Of a DNA stretch of 64,000 nucleotides, positions 49,800 through 58,321 are shown piece after piece. Origin of the DNA: an uncultured delta proteobacterium. GTDB lineage: Bacteria > Desulfobacterota > Binatia > Binatales > Binataceae. The translations under genes and the position numbers were made by a program. Location: NCBI GenBank assembly GCA_963794325.1, contig CAWCDG010000005.1, positions 192,001 through 256,000 on the forward strand, given 5' to 3'. Every line of letters begins with the position of its first letter. Position 1 is the first letter of the stretch. A model generated the notes under the pieces. That model did not search any database and was not told the origin of the DNA. It saw only the letters and a list, made by a program, of their open reading frames with translations.

Positions 49800-51881
49800 C
49801 TACCAGCGGATTACTTGCTCGTAGATTTTTGGGAGCTGGCGCGGCAACGATGCGATGTCCTCGATTACCAGGTAGCGCGAGGATTGGCACATCTGGCGGA
49901 GGTAGTCGTGGCCGGTTTTGTCCACTGTGATGCAGAAGGGGAGGACGCCGGCGAGTTCGAGTTCCTTCAGCGCGACCATCGTGTCCTGGATGCCGTAGGC
50001 GTTTGAGCGGCGGTCGTGGCCGTAGTCGAAATCCTGGGGGAAGCCGTCGCTCAGCAGGATCATGTGCTTGGCGCGCGACGACACGTCCTTGAATTTTTCG
50101 CGGACGTGGCGAATCGCCGCGCCCATCCGGGTTGAGCGCTTGGGCTCGACCGCGCCGACCCGCGCCTTCACCTCATCGCTGAGTTCCTGATCGAATTCCT
50201 TGATCACGTAGAACTCGACGTTGTCGCGGCCGTGGCCGGAGAAGCCCATGATCGCGTACGCGTCGCCGATTTCCTCGAGCGCCTGCGCCATGATGACGAG
50301 CGCTTCCTTGTTGACGTCAATGATGCGGCGCGGGCGATTTGCGGTTTGCGGGCGTCGCTGCCATGCCTTCATCCAGTCGTCGGTGTCGTCATCGTCGGTA
50401 TGCTTGCGCGGCTCGCGATGCACGGGCTCGTCGGTCGAGGCCGACATGTCGAGCAGGAACAGCGTGGCGACGTCGCGCGCCTCTTTCTTGCGAGCCTTGT
50501 AGAAGCGGCCGTCGGGCGTCTCGCCCATCAGGCGCGCCACGCGAGCTTCGATGGTGCGGTCGATGTCGATTTCCTCACCGTCTTCGAGTCCGCGGACCAT
50601 CCGGTACGAGGCGGGGCGGATGCGCTGGAAGTTGCGGCGCACACCGGGGAGCATCTCAGCATAGCGCACGAGCGTGTTCTCGAAAAAATCGCCCTCGTCG
50701 CCGGTCAGCGGAATTTCGCGCAATCGGCACCAGTTGCGGCGGTAGTCGTTCAGCACGTAGTCCCATTCGTCGTACGCGTAGTACGAATCCTGGCGGCCGC
50801 GGCCGATCATCAGGCGTCCTTGCCCGGTGACGGTGCCGACTTCGCCGAGCTGCTCGCGCATCTGCTCGAGCTCGCTGAGCTGCTTGCCGGTGAGTTGCGT
50901 CAGGTACATGCCGTCGCCGTCGGCGCTGCCGTCGCCTTGCGAGGGTTTGATCTCGGCGCCCTGCTCGATCAGCTTGCGCAATTCTTCGGGCGAGAGCGCC
51001 CTGCCCTGTCCGCCCTTGGACTGCTTGCCCGAGACGTCCATCTGGACGTTCTGATCGGGCTCGCCGCCGCCGTCGCCCTGTTCGCCGTCTTCGCCTTCGC
51101 CGGCGGTCTGCGATTCGGAGCCCTTCATTCCTTTGATCAGGTCGTTGCGCATCCGCTCCGCTTCTTCTTCGGTGAGCGGATCGCCCTCGCCGCGCTCGCG
51201 CGCCTGCCGAATCAGCTCCTGGAGCCAATTGTAGAGCGCGCTGACCTGGCGAACGCTGGTCATCACGTCGGCGCCGCGGGCGCGCACGGGCGCGAAGTGA
51301 CGCGAGGCCATCATCACCAGCGGTGATTCGATCGCTTCGCCGGTGGCATCGAGGTCGAGCGCCGCGCGCACCAGCATCGTGCTGAGCGACTCGGGATGGA
51401 GCCGTTCGAGCAGCGAGTGGTTAAGGGTCGCGATGCGCGGTGCGAGTCCGCGATAACGTCGCGCGAGCTCGGCGTCAATTCGCGCCGACTCGGCGAGCCG
51501 CATTAGGGCACCGGCGAGGCCGGGGTCGTCGAATGAGGCGACAAAGCTGTCGATCGCCTCGACGCCGGTCTCGCCGCGCTCTTCGAAGCCCGCGATATCC
51601 GCGAGCTTCAGCTTGAAGGTGCCGAAGTCGTGCCGCGCGGCGAGATGCGCGGTCGTGACGAAATAATAAATGTAGGCGTCGCCGCGAGTGCCGAACGGCT
51701 CGAGCTTTTCCGGCAGGTAGATCATTTCGCCCGGCAGGAGCGGGTAATGGAACGGCAGCATCGGGGCGCTGTTGGCGATCGAGTCGATGCGGAATTCAAG
51801 CGGAAACAGCATCCGCATGAATTTTGTCAGCACACCCTTTATTTCGAAGAGGTTCTGAGGTTTCTCGGGAACTTCGGGCAT
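49800..51881 (-). CDS. VWA-domain protein, NorD/CbbO family (alternative TTG start 51917)
   Basis: YDEWDY, EDGEEIDID, MIDAS LLDMSAST, TRMGAAIRH, LLSDGFP. Confidence 0.85.
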   Translation of the reverse strand: MPEVPEKPQNLFEIKGVLTKFMRMLFPLEFRIDSIANSAPMLPFHYPLLPGEMIYLPEKLEPFGTRGDAYIYYFVTTAHLAARHDFGTFKLKLADIAGFEERGETGVEAIDSFVASFDDPGLAGALMRLAESARIDAELARRYRGLAPRIATLNHSLLERLHPESLSTMLVRAALDLDATGEAIESPLVMMASRHFAPVRARGADVMTSVRQVSALYNWLQELIRQARERGEGDPLTEEEAERMRNDLIKGMKGSESQTAGEGEDGEQGDGGGEPDQNVQMDVSGKQSKGGQGRALSPEELRKLIEQGAEIKPSQGDGSADGDGMYLTQLTGKQLSELEQMREQLGEVGTVTGQGRLMIGRGRQDSYYAYDEWDYVLNDYRRNWCRLREIPLTGDEGDFFENTLVRYAEMLPGVRRNFQRIRPASYRMVRGLEDGEEIDIDRTIEARVARLMGETPDGRFYKARKKEARDVATLFLLDMSASTDEPVHREPRKHTDDDDTDDWMKAWQRRPQTANRPRRIIDVNKEALVIMAQALEEIGDAYAIMGFSGHGRDNVEFYVIKEFDQELSDEVKARVGAVEPKRSTRMGAAIRHVREKFKDVSSRAKHMILLSDGFPQDFDYGHDRRSNAYGIQDTMVALKELELAGVLPFCITVDKTGHDYLRQMCQSSRYLVIEDIASLPRQLPKIYEQVIRW

Positions 51882-51913
51882 CGTCGTAATTGATTCTTGC
51901 AAGAACGGCTGTA

Positions 51914-51931
51914 GCAATCAAATTTGATTGC
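51914..51931. promoter_or_regulatory. Perfect 18-bp palindrome, candidate regulator site
   Basis: GCAATCAAATTTGATTGC is self-complementary; just upstream of the VWA gene. Confidence 0.45.
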
Positions 51932-51943
51932 AGTGATACCAAG

Positions 51944-51987
51944 AACCTAACCCCTAGCCCCTTCCCATAGTGGGAAGGGGGACCGGA
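51944..51987 (+). repeat. Hairpin/triplex-type repeat copy
   Basis: AACCTAACCCCTAGCCCCTTCCCATAGTGGGAAGGGGGACCGGA. Confidence 0.8.
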
Positions 51988-52023
51988 GGTGAAAAATATT
52001 TGATTCGGCTTCTGAGAGATCGC

Positions 52024-52052
52024 TTGACACAAAAAATACGGACGTACATATT
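52024..52052 (+). promoter_or_regulatory. Sigma70 promoter with overlapping putative TetR operator
   Basis: TTGACA-17-CATATT; contains AATACGGACGTACATATT (52035-52052). Confidence 0.7.
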
Positions 52053-52104
52053 TGATTGGTCAACCGCGACTGACCCATAAATTTCCCCTCCCAAGGAGTT
52101 CACT

Positions 52105-52851
52105 ATGAATACCCCCGTTGTTTTGATCACAGGCGCCCTCACAGGAATTGGTCGCGCCACCGCGATTGCTTTCGCGCGCAAAGGCGCGCGCATCGCCATC
52201 TCAGGCCGCCGCGACGAAGCCGGCCAGAAATTAGTCGCTGAACTCCGCGAGATTGGCGCCGAGGCCGAATTTTGGCGTACCGACGTGCGGCACGATGAAG
52301 ATGTCCGCGACCTGGTTGATAAGACCGTCGCGCGCTTCGGCCGCCTCGATGCTGCCGTGAACAACGCCGGCACCGAAGGCAAGCAAGGTCCGGTAACTGA
52401 GCAGACCGCGGAGAGCTACGCGGCGACCTTCGACACTAACGTGCTGGGCACGCTGCTGAGCATGAAGCACGAGCTGCGCGCGATGCTTCCGCAAGGCAGT
52501 GGGAGCATTGTCAACGTTTCATCGGCCTATGGCAGCGTAGGCGCTCCGGGAGCATCGGTGTACGTCGCGAGTAAGCATGCGGTGGAAGGAATGACCAAGT
52601 CCGCTGCACTGGAAGTCGCGGGAACCGGCGTTCGCGTAAACGTAGTAGCTCCGGGCACTACGGACACGGGGATGCTCACACGCTTCACCAGTACAGATGA
52701 AAATAAGGCGGCACTGGTCTCGACCGTGCCGGTCAAACGCCTCGCAACACCGGAAGAGATCGCTAATGTGATCGTCTTTGTAGCCTCCGCAGAGGCCTCG
52801 TACATGACCGGTGCGTCCATTCCAGTGGATGGAGGAATGCTAGCTGACTAA
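52105..52851 (+). CDS. Short-chain dehydrogenase/reductase
   Basis: TGALTGIG, NNAG, YVASK, PVDGG. Confidence 0.95.
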   Translation: MNTPVVLITGALTGIGRATAIAFARKGARIAISGRRDEAGQKLVAELREIGAEAEFWRTDVRHDEDVRDLVDKTVARFGRLDAAVNNAGTEGKQGPVTEQTAESYAATFDTNVLGTLLSMKHELRAMLPQGSGSIVNVSSAYGSVGAPGASVYVASKHAVEGMTKSAALEVAGTGVRVNVVAPGTTDTGMLTRFTSTDENKAALVSTVPVKRLATPEEIANVIVFVASAEASYMTGASIPVDGGMLAD

Positions 52852-52872
52852 CACTATTGGGAGAGTGGCAAC

Positions 52873-53439
52873 ATGGTCACTGGCAACGGTTATCGCCGGG
52901 TTGTAACGGGACATCGGGGCGGAAAATCCGTGGTGCTGAGCGATCAGCGTCGCGAGCCTTATAAATTCAAGACCGTCGCCGGCTTCGAACACACCTACAT
53001 GTGGTCGACGGACGGGTCGCTTGAATCCGATCTCGATCAGGTTGATCAGAAACTGCCGAAATCGGCGCTGCCTTCCGCCAACGGCTCCCTTCTCCAGATC
53101 GTGACGTTTCCGCCCGCGACGGTAGCTTCACCTACGTCGGACCCTTCGCAGGCAGCCCAGGAACTTCTCACACGCCTGCCGGGACTGGCCGATACTTTCG
53201 AGCGCGACGGGTCGCGGATGCACGTAACGCAAACTGTGGACTACGCGATCCTGCTCGACGGCGAGTTGTGGCTGGAACTCGACGACGGCGAGACGGTGCA
53301 TCTTGTTGCGGGCGACATCGTCGTGCAGCAGGCGACGCGCCATGGATGGCGCAACAAGGGTGAGCGCCCGGCGACGATCGCTTTCGTGATGCTCGGTTCC
53401 AGCTCGGCGCGCTCGAAGCAGAGATCAAACCATGACTGA
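52873..53439 (+). CDS. Cupin domain protein
   Basis: RRVVTGH, MHVTQTVDY, GDIVVQQATRHGWRN. Confidence 0.9.
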   Translation: MVTGNGYRRVVTGHRGGKSVVLSDQRREPYKFKTVAGFEHTYMWSTDGSLESDLDQVDQKLPKSALPSANGSLLQIVTFPPATVASPTSDPSQAAQELLTRLPGLADTFERDGSRMHVTQTVDYAILLDGELWLELDDGETVHLVAGDIVVQQATRHGWRNKGERPATIAFVMLGSSSARSKQRSNHD

Positions 53440-53459
53440 GGACGCGAGGTCTTCAGCCG

Positions 53460-53488
53460 TTGACCTTCTCAATACGAGCGTACATATT
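53460..53488 (+). promoter_or_regulatory. Sigma70 promoter with overlapping putative TetR operator
   Basis: TTGACC-17-CATATT; contains AATACGAGCGTACATATT (53471-53488), 16/18 identical to the 52035 site. Confidence 0.7.
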
Positions 53489-53495
53489 GCGGCTA

Positions 53496-54077
53496 GTGGC
53501 CAAACCGTCGAATCGGGAGAAAATCCTGACTGAAGGCCTTCGCGTTGTGCACGAACGCGGGTTTGGAGGCGCGAGCGTTCGCGATATCGTCGAGGCCGCA
53601 GGAGTGCCGCAGGGGTCGTTCACCAATCACTTCACTTCGAAAGAAGCCTTCTGCCTTGAAATACTCGACCTCTATTTCAAAGACGTCCGGGCGACGATTG
53701 ACAGAACTCTTCGCAATGACTCGCTTCCGCCGCTTAAGCGCTTGCGCGCCTACGTCGATGCACAGATCAAGTATCTCAATCGGATCGGTTGGCAGAACGG
53801 ATGTCTGGTCGGTAATTTCAGCGCCGAAGCGAGCGAGCACAGCGAAGTGATCAGGAAGCGGCTGGTCGAAATATATGAAGAGATGCGCCAGGCGGCCGCG
53901 TATTGCTTGAAAGCCGCGGTGAAGCTTGGCGAGTTGCCGCGGAAGACGGAATGCGATGAGCTCGCGGGCTTTTTGATTGCGTCATTGCAGGGCGCGATAC
54001 TTCAGTCGAAGACAGAGCGCAGCGCGGTTCCCGTCGAGCGGTTCAAGCATTTGATTTTTTCCACCATCCTGGGTTGA
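53496..54077 (+). CDS. TetR-family regulator (NemR-like)
   Basis: HTH ASVRDIVEAAGVPQGSFTNHFTSKE, GCLVGN. Confidence 0.92.
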   Translation: MAKPSNREKILTEGLRVVHERGFGGASVRDIVEAAGVPQGSFTNHFTSKEAFCLEILDLYFKDVRATIDRTLRNDSLPPLKRLRAYVDAQIKYLNRIGWQNGCLVGNFSAEASEHSEVIRKRLVEIYEEMRQAAAYCLKAAVKLGELPRKTECDELAGFLIASLQGAILQSKTERSAVPVERFKHLIFSTILG

Positions 54078-54116
54078 ATTAGCGCTTCACGATGCAGAGG
54101 CCTGGGACCTGCCTAC

Positions 54117-54186
54117 AACCTAACCCCTAACCCCTTCCCGAGCGGGAAGGGGAACCGGATTTGAGAAGGGAGACCGGATTTGGGAA
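54117..54186 (+). repeat. Hairpin/triplex-type repeat copy with short tandem tail
   Basis: 41 bp identical to the 49671 copy, then GAAGGG(GA/AG)ACCGGATTTG twice. Confidence 0.85.
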
Positions 54187-54250
54187 AGATGCGGTCCGAA
54201 CTTCTTTCTTGACTTGCCGGGCAGCGGCAGACTTAGATTGATCCATACCT

Positions 54251-55636
54251 ATGCGCATCACGATTTTTGGCAATCATCGCCGTCTCGTTTCGATGACGGC
54301 GTTCGGTACCCTTCTATGCCTGATCGCTTCGACGCCTGCGCGCGCGGGAATGGCGGACGCGGTTAAGGCTCAAACGCTGCCCAACGGGCTTCGAGTGCTG
54401 GTGCTGGAGAATCACAAGGCACCACTGGCGACATTCAACGTCTTCTACAAAGTTGGATCGCGCAACGAGCAATTCGGCAAGACCGGAATCTCGCATCTGT
54501 GCGAGCATCTGATGTTCAAGGGCACCAAGAAGCTCGGCCCCGAAGAGTTTTCGCAAATAATCCAGCAGAACGGCGGCGAGGATAACGCGTTCACCGAGTC
54601 GGACTTCACCGATTACTTCGAGACGATAAACAAGGATCATCTCGACGTGCCGATCTCGCTCGAAGCCGATCGGATGGCCAACTTCGAGCCCAAGGAATTC
54701 GACAAGGAAAAGCACGTCGTGCTCGAGGAGCGGCGGATGCGCACCGAAGACAATCCGGAGGATGCACTCGACGAGATGGTGCGCGCGCAAGCCTACGTGG
54801 CGCATCCGTACCACTGGCCGGTGATCGGGTGGTTCCACGATGTTGACGGGCTGACGCTCGCGGACGCGATGGCGTATCACAAAATCTATTACTCACCGCA
54901 GAACGCGCTGATCGTGGCGGTCGGCGATTTTGACAGCGACCAGGTGCTGAAGCTAATCAGCGAGGCCTTCGCGGGAATCAAGAACGGACCCAAGCCGCCG
55001 CCATTGACGGACCTCGAGCCGCCGCAAACCGGAACCCGGCGTGTCGAGTTGCAGCATGCCGCGAATTTGCCGGCGTTCGAAGAGGCGTATCACGTGCCGA
55101 ATATTTCGAGCCCGGACAGTTACGCGCTCGAAGTGGCGTCGGAAATTCTGAGCGATGGGCAAAGCTCGCGGCTGTACAAGAAGCTGGTGGTTGAAAAGCA
55201 GATGGTGGTGGATGTCGGCGCCGGCTACGACATGACCTCGTTCGATCCCGGATTGTTCGTTGTGTCGGCGCAGATGCGGCCGGGAGTGACCGCCGCAAAC
55301 ACGCAAACGGAAGTCGAGAAGGAAATTGCCGCGATGCGTGAAACGCCTGTCGGAGCGGAGGAATTGCAGAAGGCCAAGAATCTCGAAGCGGCGCAATTCG
55401 TGTACGGGCAGGACTCGGTGATGCGCGAGGCTGAGATGCTCGGGGTTTACGAAATGCTCGGCGACTATCACATGGTCGATAAATATCTCGACGGAATCGA
55501 CAAGGTGACCGCGGCTGACGTGCAGCGCGTCGCCAAGACTTACCTGATCGCGTCCAACATGACCGAGGGCGTGCTGGTGCCAACGGGAGTTCTGCCGCAC
55601 GGAAGCGCGGGACTGAGCAGCGGAGAATTGCGATGA
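54251..55636 (+). CDS. M16 (pitrilysin) zinc peptidase, catalytic subunit
   Basis: Signal peptide, HLCEHLMFKG (HxxEH), NAFT, EERRMR. Confidence 0.94.
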   Translation: MRITIFGNHRRLVSMTAFGTLLCLIASTPARAGMADAVKAQTLPNGLRVLVLENHKAPLATFNVFYKVGSRNEQFGKTGISHLCEHLMFKGTKKLGPEEFSQIIQQNGGEDNAFTESDFTDYFETINKDHLDVPISLEADRMANFEPKEFDKEKHVVLEERRMRTEDNPEDALDEMVRAQAYVAHPYHWPVIGWFHDVDGLTLADAMAYHKIYYSPQNALIVAVGDFDSDQVLKLISEAFAGIKNGPKPPPLTDLEPPQTGTRRVELQHAANLPAFEEAYHVPNISSPDSYALEVASEILSDGQSSRLYKKLVVEKQMVVDVGAGYDMTSFDPGLFVVSAQMRPGVTAANTQTEVEKEIAAMRETPVGAEELQKAKNLEAAQFVYGQDSVMREAEMLGVYEMLGDYHMVDKYLDGIDKVTAADVQRVAKTYLIASNMTEGVLVPTGVLPHGSAGLSSGELR

Positions 55637-57015
55637 GCGGCGCGACAACGATGAAGAAGATGTTGGCGAGCGTCGCGGCGATCGCGGCGTTGGCATTCGT
55701 CGCGACGCCGTCGCATGCGCTCGACATCAAGAAGATGACTCTCAGCAACGGCGCGACCCTGCTCGTCTCGGAGCAGCATCAACTGCCGATGGTGACAGTG
55801 ATGATCGAGTTCGACGCGGGCACGCGTCGCGATCCGAAGGGCAAGGAAGGTTTGGCCGAGCTGACGGCGCGATGTATTTCGCAGGGCACCAAGACTCTCA
55901 CTGCGCCGGAGTTCGATGAGAAAACCGATTTCATGGGCAGCTCGGTTAGCGTGTCGGCGGGGCGAGACTATTCGACCGCCGGGATGACGTCGCTCAAGAA
56001 ATATCAGGGCGAGACGCTCCAACTGTTGTCGGGAATTTTGACGGAACCGGGACTGCGCGATGCCGATATCGAACGCAAGCGCGCCGAGCAGGTCGCGGAA
56101 ATCAAGGCGGCGGAAGAACAGCCAGGCTACACTGCGAGCGTCGAATTCACCAAGGACCTGTTCAGCGACTCGCCGTACGGGCATCCGGGCGCGGGTTCAG
56201 CGGATTCGGTGGCGAAGCTCACGAACGACGACGTGCGCAACTTCTACCGCGATTACTACAAGCCCGGCAGCGCGATCATCGCGGTGGCCGGCGACGTGAG
56301 CGCCGACGAAATTAAAGTATCACTTGAGAAAGCGCTGGCGGGTCTGGCGGGCTCAGTCGCGGCTCAAGCTGCGCCGCCGCCAATCATGGTTCCGCCGGGC
56401 CTGCACGTAAAACTGATCGATCGGAACGTGATGCAGGCCAACATCATAATGGGTTCCGGCGGCGTGGAGCGCTCGAATCCTGATTTTTACCGGCTCAAGG
56501 TGATGAACTACATCCTGGGTGGCGGCGGATTTTCGTCGCGGCTGGTGAAGGTCGTTCGCAGCGCGCACGGGCTCGCCTACTCGGTCAACAGCGGCTTCGA
56601 GCCCGGGAAATTCCAGGGCTCATTCGAGATCGGCGTTCAGACCAAGAACCAGAGCTCGAACGAGGCAATCGATCTGATCTTGCAGCAGCTTCGCGAGATC
56701 CAGGAAAAACCTGTCAGCGACGCCGAGCTGGATGGGGCGAAGAAATTCCTGATCGGCAGTTTCCCGCTGAACCTCGAGCGGCAGAGTGCGATCGCGTCCT
56801 ACATGATCCAATTTGAGTTCTACGGCCTTGGGCTCGACTACGCGGATCAGTATCCGAAGCTGATCGGATCGGTGACCAAGGATGACGTGCTGGCGGTCGC
56901 GAAGAAATATCTGCATCCCGATTCGATGATCGTCGTCGCAGTCGCGAACCAGGCAGAGGCGAAGATCAAAACCTCGCAGACGGAGAAGGGAACCGACGCC
57001 CCCGGCGCGCAATAG
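55633..57015 (+). CDS. M16 peptidase family, non-catalytic partner subunit
   Basis: Lacks HxxEH; ILGGGGFSSRL...VR...GLAY motif; ATGA overlap. Confidence 0.92.
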   Translation: MSGATTMKKMLASVAAIAALAFVATPSHALDIKKMTLSNGATLLVSEQHQLPMVTVMIEFDAGTRRDPKGKEGLAELTARCISQGTKTLTAPEFDEKTDFMGSSVSVSAGRDYSTAGMTSLKKYQGETLQLLSGILTEPGLRDADIERKRAEQVAEIKAAEEQPGYTASVEFTKDLFSDSPYGHPGAGSADSVAKLTNDDVRNFYRDYYKPGSAIIAVAGDVSADEIKVSLEKALAGLAGSVAAQAAPPPIMVPPGLHVKLIDRNVMQANIIMGSGGVERSNPDFYRLKVMNYILGGGGFSSRLVKVVRSAHGLAYSVNSGFEPGKFQGSFEIGVQTKNQSSNEAIDLILQQLREIQEKPVSDAELDGAKKFLIGSFPLNLERQSAIASYMIQFEFYGLGLDYADQYPKLIGSVTKDDVLAVAKKYLHPDSMIVVAVANQAEAKIKTSQTEKGTDAPGAQ

Positions 57016-57017
57016 AG

Positions 57018-57556
57018 ATGCGCTGATCTTCACGATCGGACACTCGACGCATCCGATCGAGCGCTTCCTCGGATTGCTCGGCGAGCATCGCATCGCGATC
57101 GTCGCCGATGTGAGATCGTTCCCCAGCTCGAAGCGATGGCCACAGTTCAATCAGGCGGAGCTGTCAGCGTCGCTCGAGCGAGCGAATATCGAATACCGCT
57201 GGATCAAGAAGCTCGGCGGCAGGCGCAGCTCGAAGCGCGACGAGTCGCCGCATACTGCATGGCAGGTTCCCGCATTCCGATCGTACGCGGACTACACGGA
57301 GAGCGCGGATTTTGAAGATGGCTTGGGCGAATTGATACAGGCTGCCGAGGCCTCGCGGACTGCGTACATGTGTTCGGAGGGATTGTGGTGGCGATGCCAT
57401 CGGCGAATCATCTCGGACAATCTCCTGGTGCGCGACTGGACGGTCGAGCACATCATGCCGACCGGGAAATTATCGCCGCACGTACTCGCGCCCTTCGCGA
57501 GGATCGTCGAGGGACGAATTGTTTACGACGGCGCCGCTCAGAAGGAATCGAACTGA
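57018..57556 (+). CDS. DUF488 family protein; ATG at 57018 is one base out of frame (probable indel)
   Basis: IFTIGHST, ADVRSFPSS, LGGRR, MCSEGLWWRCHRRII. Confidence 0.85.
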
Positions 57557-57583
57557 TCGCGCAGAAGAAAAATCAGGTTTGAC

Positions 57584-57961
57584 TCAAATTGCGATCCGGA
57601 GGGCAATCTCCTCGAAGAGGACTTGCGGCACTTTGACTTTTCGTTTGCCGCGCGGCTTCCTTGCGATCCGCACGAGACCGTGCCGTTCCAAAATCTTGAT
57701 GTCCTCCTGAACGTTCTTGAAATCGCGGCCGAGCATTTTCGCCAGTTCATAGAGCGAGCCGGGATGGCGCGTTCGAATCGTATGCATCAGGGCGAGCCGT
57801 TCGCGCGTCATGAAGTTGCGGGCAGCTTCAATACTGGTGAAACCGACCTCGTCGCGCGGTTTCTTCGAAACGTGCCGGCGTGACCGAATTGCGTCGAAGG
57901 TCTTCGCGAAATCGTCTGCGACTTCACTCAAGGGCTTGATCGAAAACGTCACTGTCTTCAT
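57584..57961 (-). CDS. HTH DNA-binding protein, putative antitoxin (HVO_A0114-like)
   Basis: PGSLYELAKMLGRDFKNVQEDIKILERHGLV winged HTH; ATGA overlap with the upstream gene. Confidence 0.8.
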   Translation of the reverse strand: MKTVTFSIKPLSEVADDFAKTFDAIRSRRHVSKKPRDEVGFTSIEAARNFMTRERLALMHTIRTRHPGSLYELAKMLGRDFKNVQEDIKILERHGLVRIARKPRGKRKVKVPQVLFEEIALRIAI

Positions 57962-58254
57962 TTCACGTCTCCTGCCGATGCGTGCGCCTCAGCGAGGAAA
58001 TCGGCCACGAGCTTCCTGGCTGTCACAAAAGTGTACGGCGCTTCTCTGCCGCGAATGTGCCGATGGTGGCCCTTCGGGTGATGATTGTCATAAAGAATCG
58101 CGGGAACCTCCTCGCCTGCGCGAATGAAAGCGAGCCGGTACCGAACACCTTCGGGATGGCGAGCGTTGCGCTCGACCCTCCACAGCACCATCTCGTAGAG
58201 ATTCCCTTGTTCGTCGGTCCACTTTCGCCGTGCGATCAGTTTGGCCGGCGCCAC
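57958..58254 (-). CDS. DUF6516/TumE-like putative toxin
   Basis: EMVLWRV...HPEGVRYRLA...LYDNHHPKGHHRH...YTF...LVADF. Confidence 0.78.
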   Translation of the reverse strand: MAPAKLIARRKWTDEQGNLYEMVLWRVERNARHPEGVRYRLAFIRAGEEVPAILYDNHHPKGHHRHIRGREAPYTFVTARKLVADFLAEAHASAGDVK

Positions 58255-58267
58255 TCCTGAACCCTTC

Positions 58268-58304
58268 TACGTGGCATCATACACCACGTACTTTTGTCCA
58301 TCAA
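58268..58304 (-). promoter_or_regulatory. Promoter and operator of the TA-like pair
   Basis: Minus strand TTGATG-17-TATGAT; -10 box lies inside inverted repeat TACGTGG-N9-CCACGTA (58268-58290). Confidence 0.65.
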
Positions 58305-58321
58305 CAGGAAATGGTTCGGTC

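Noticed and set aside
54097-54116. GTAG-type REP abutting the 54117 repeat
   Set aside because: Palindrome too imperfect and only one weakly similar sequence (~15265-15285) in the window
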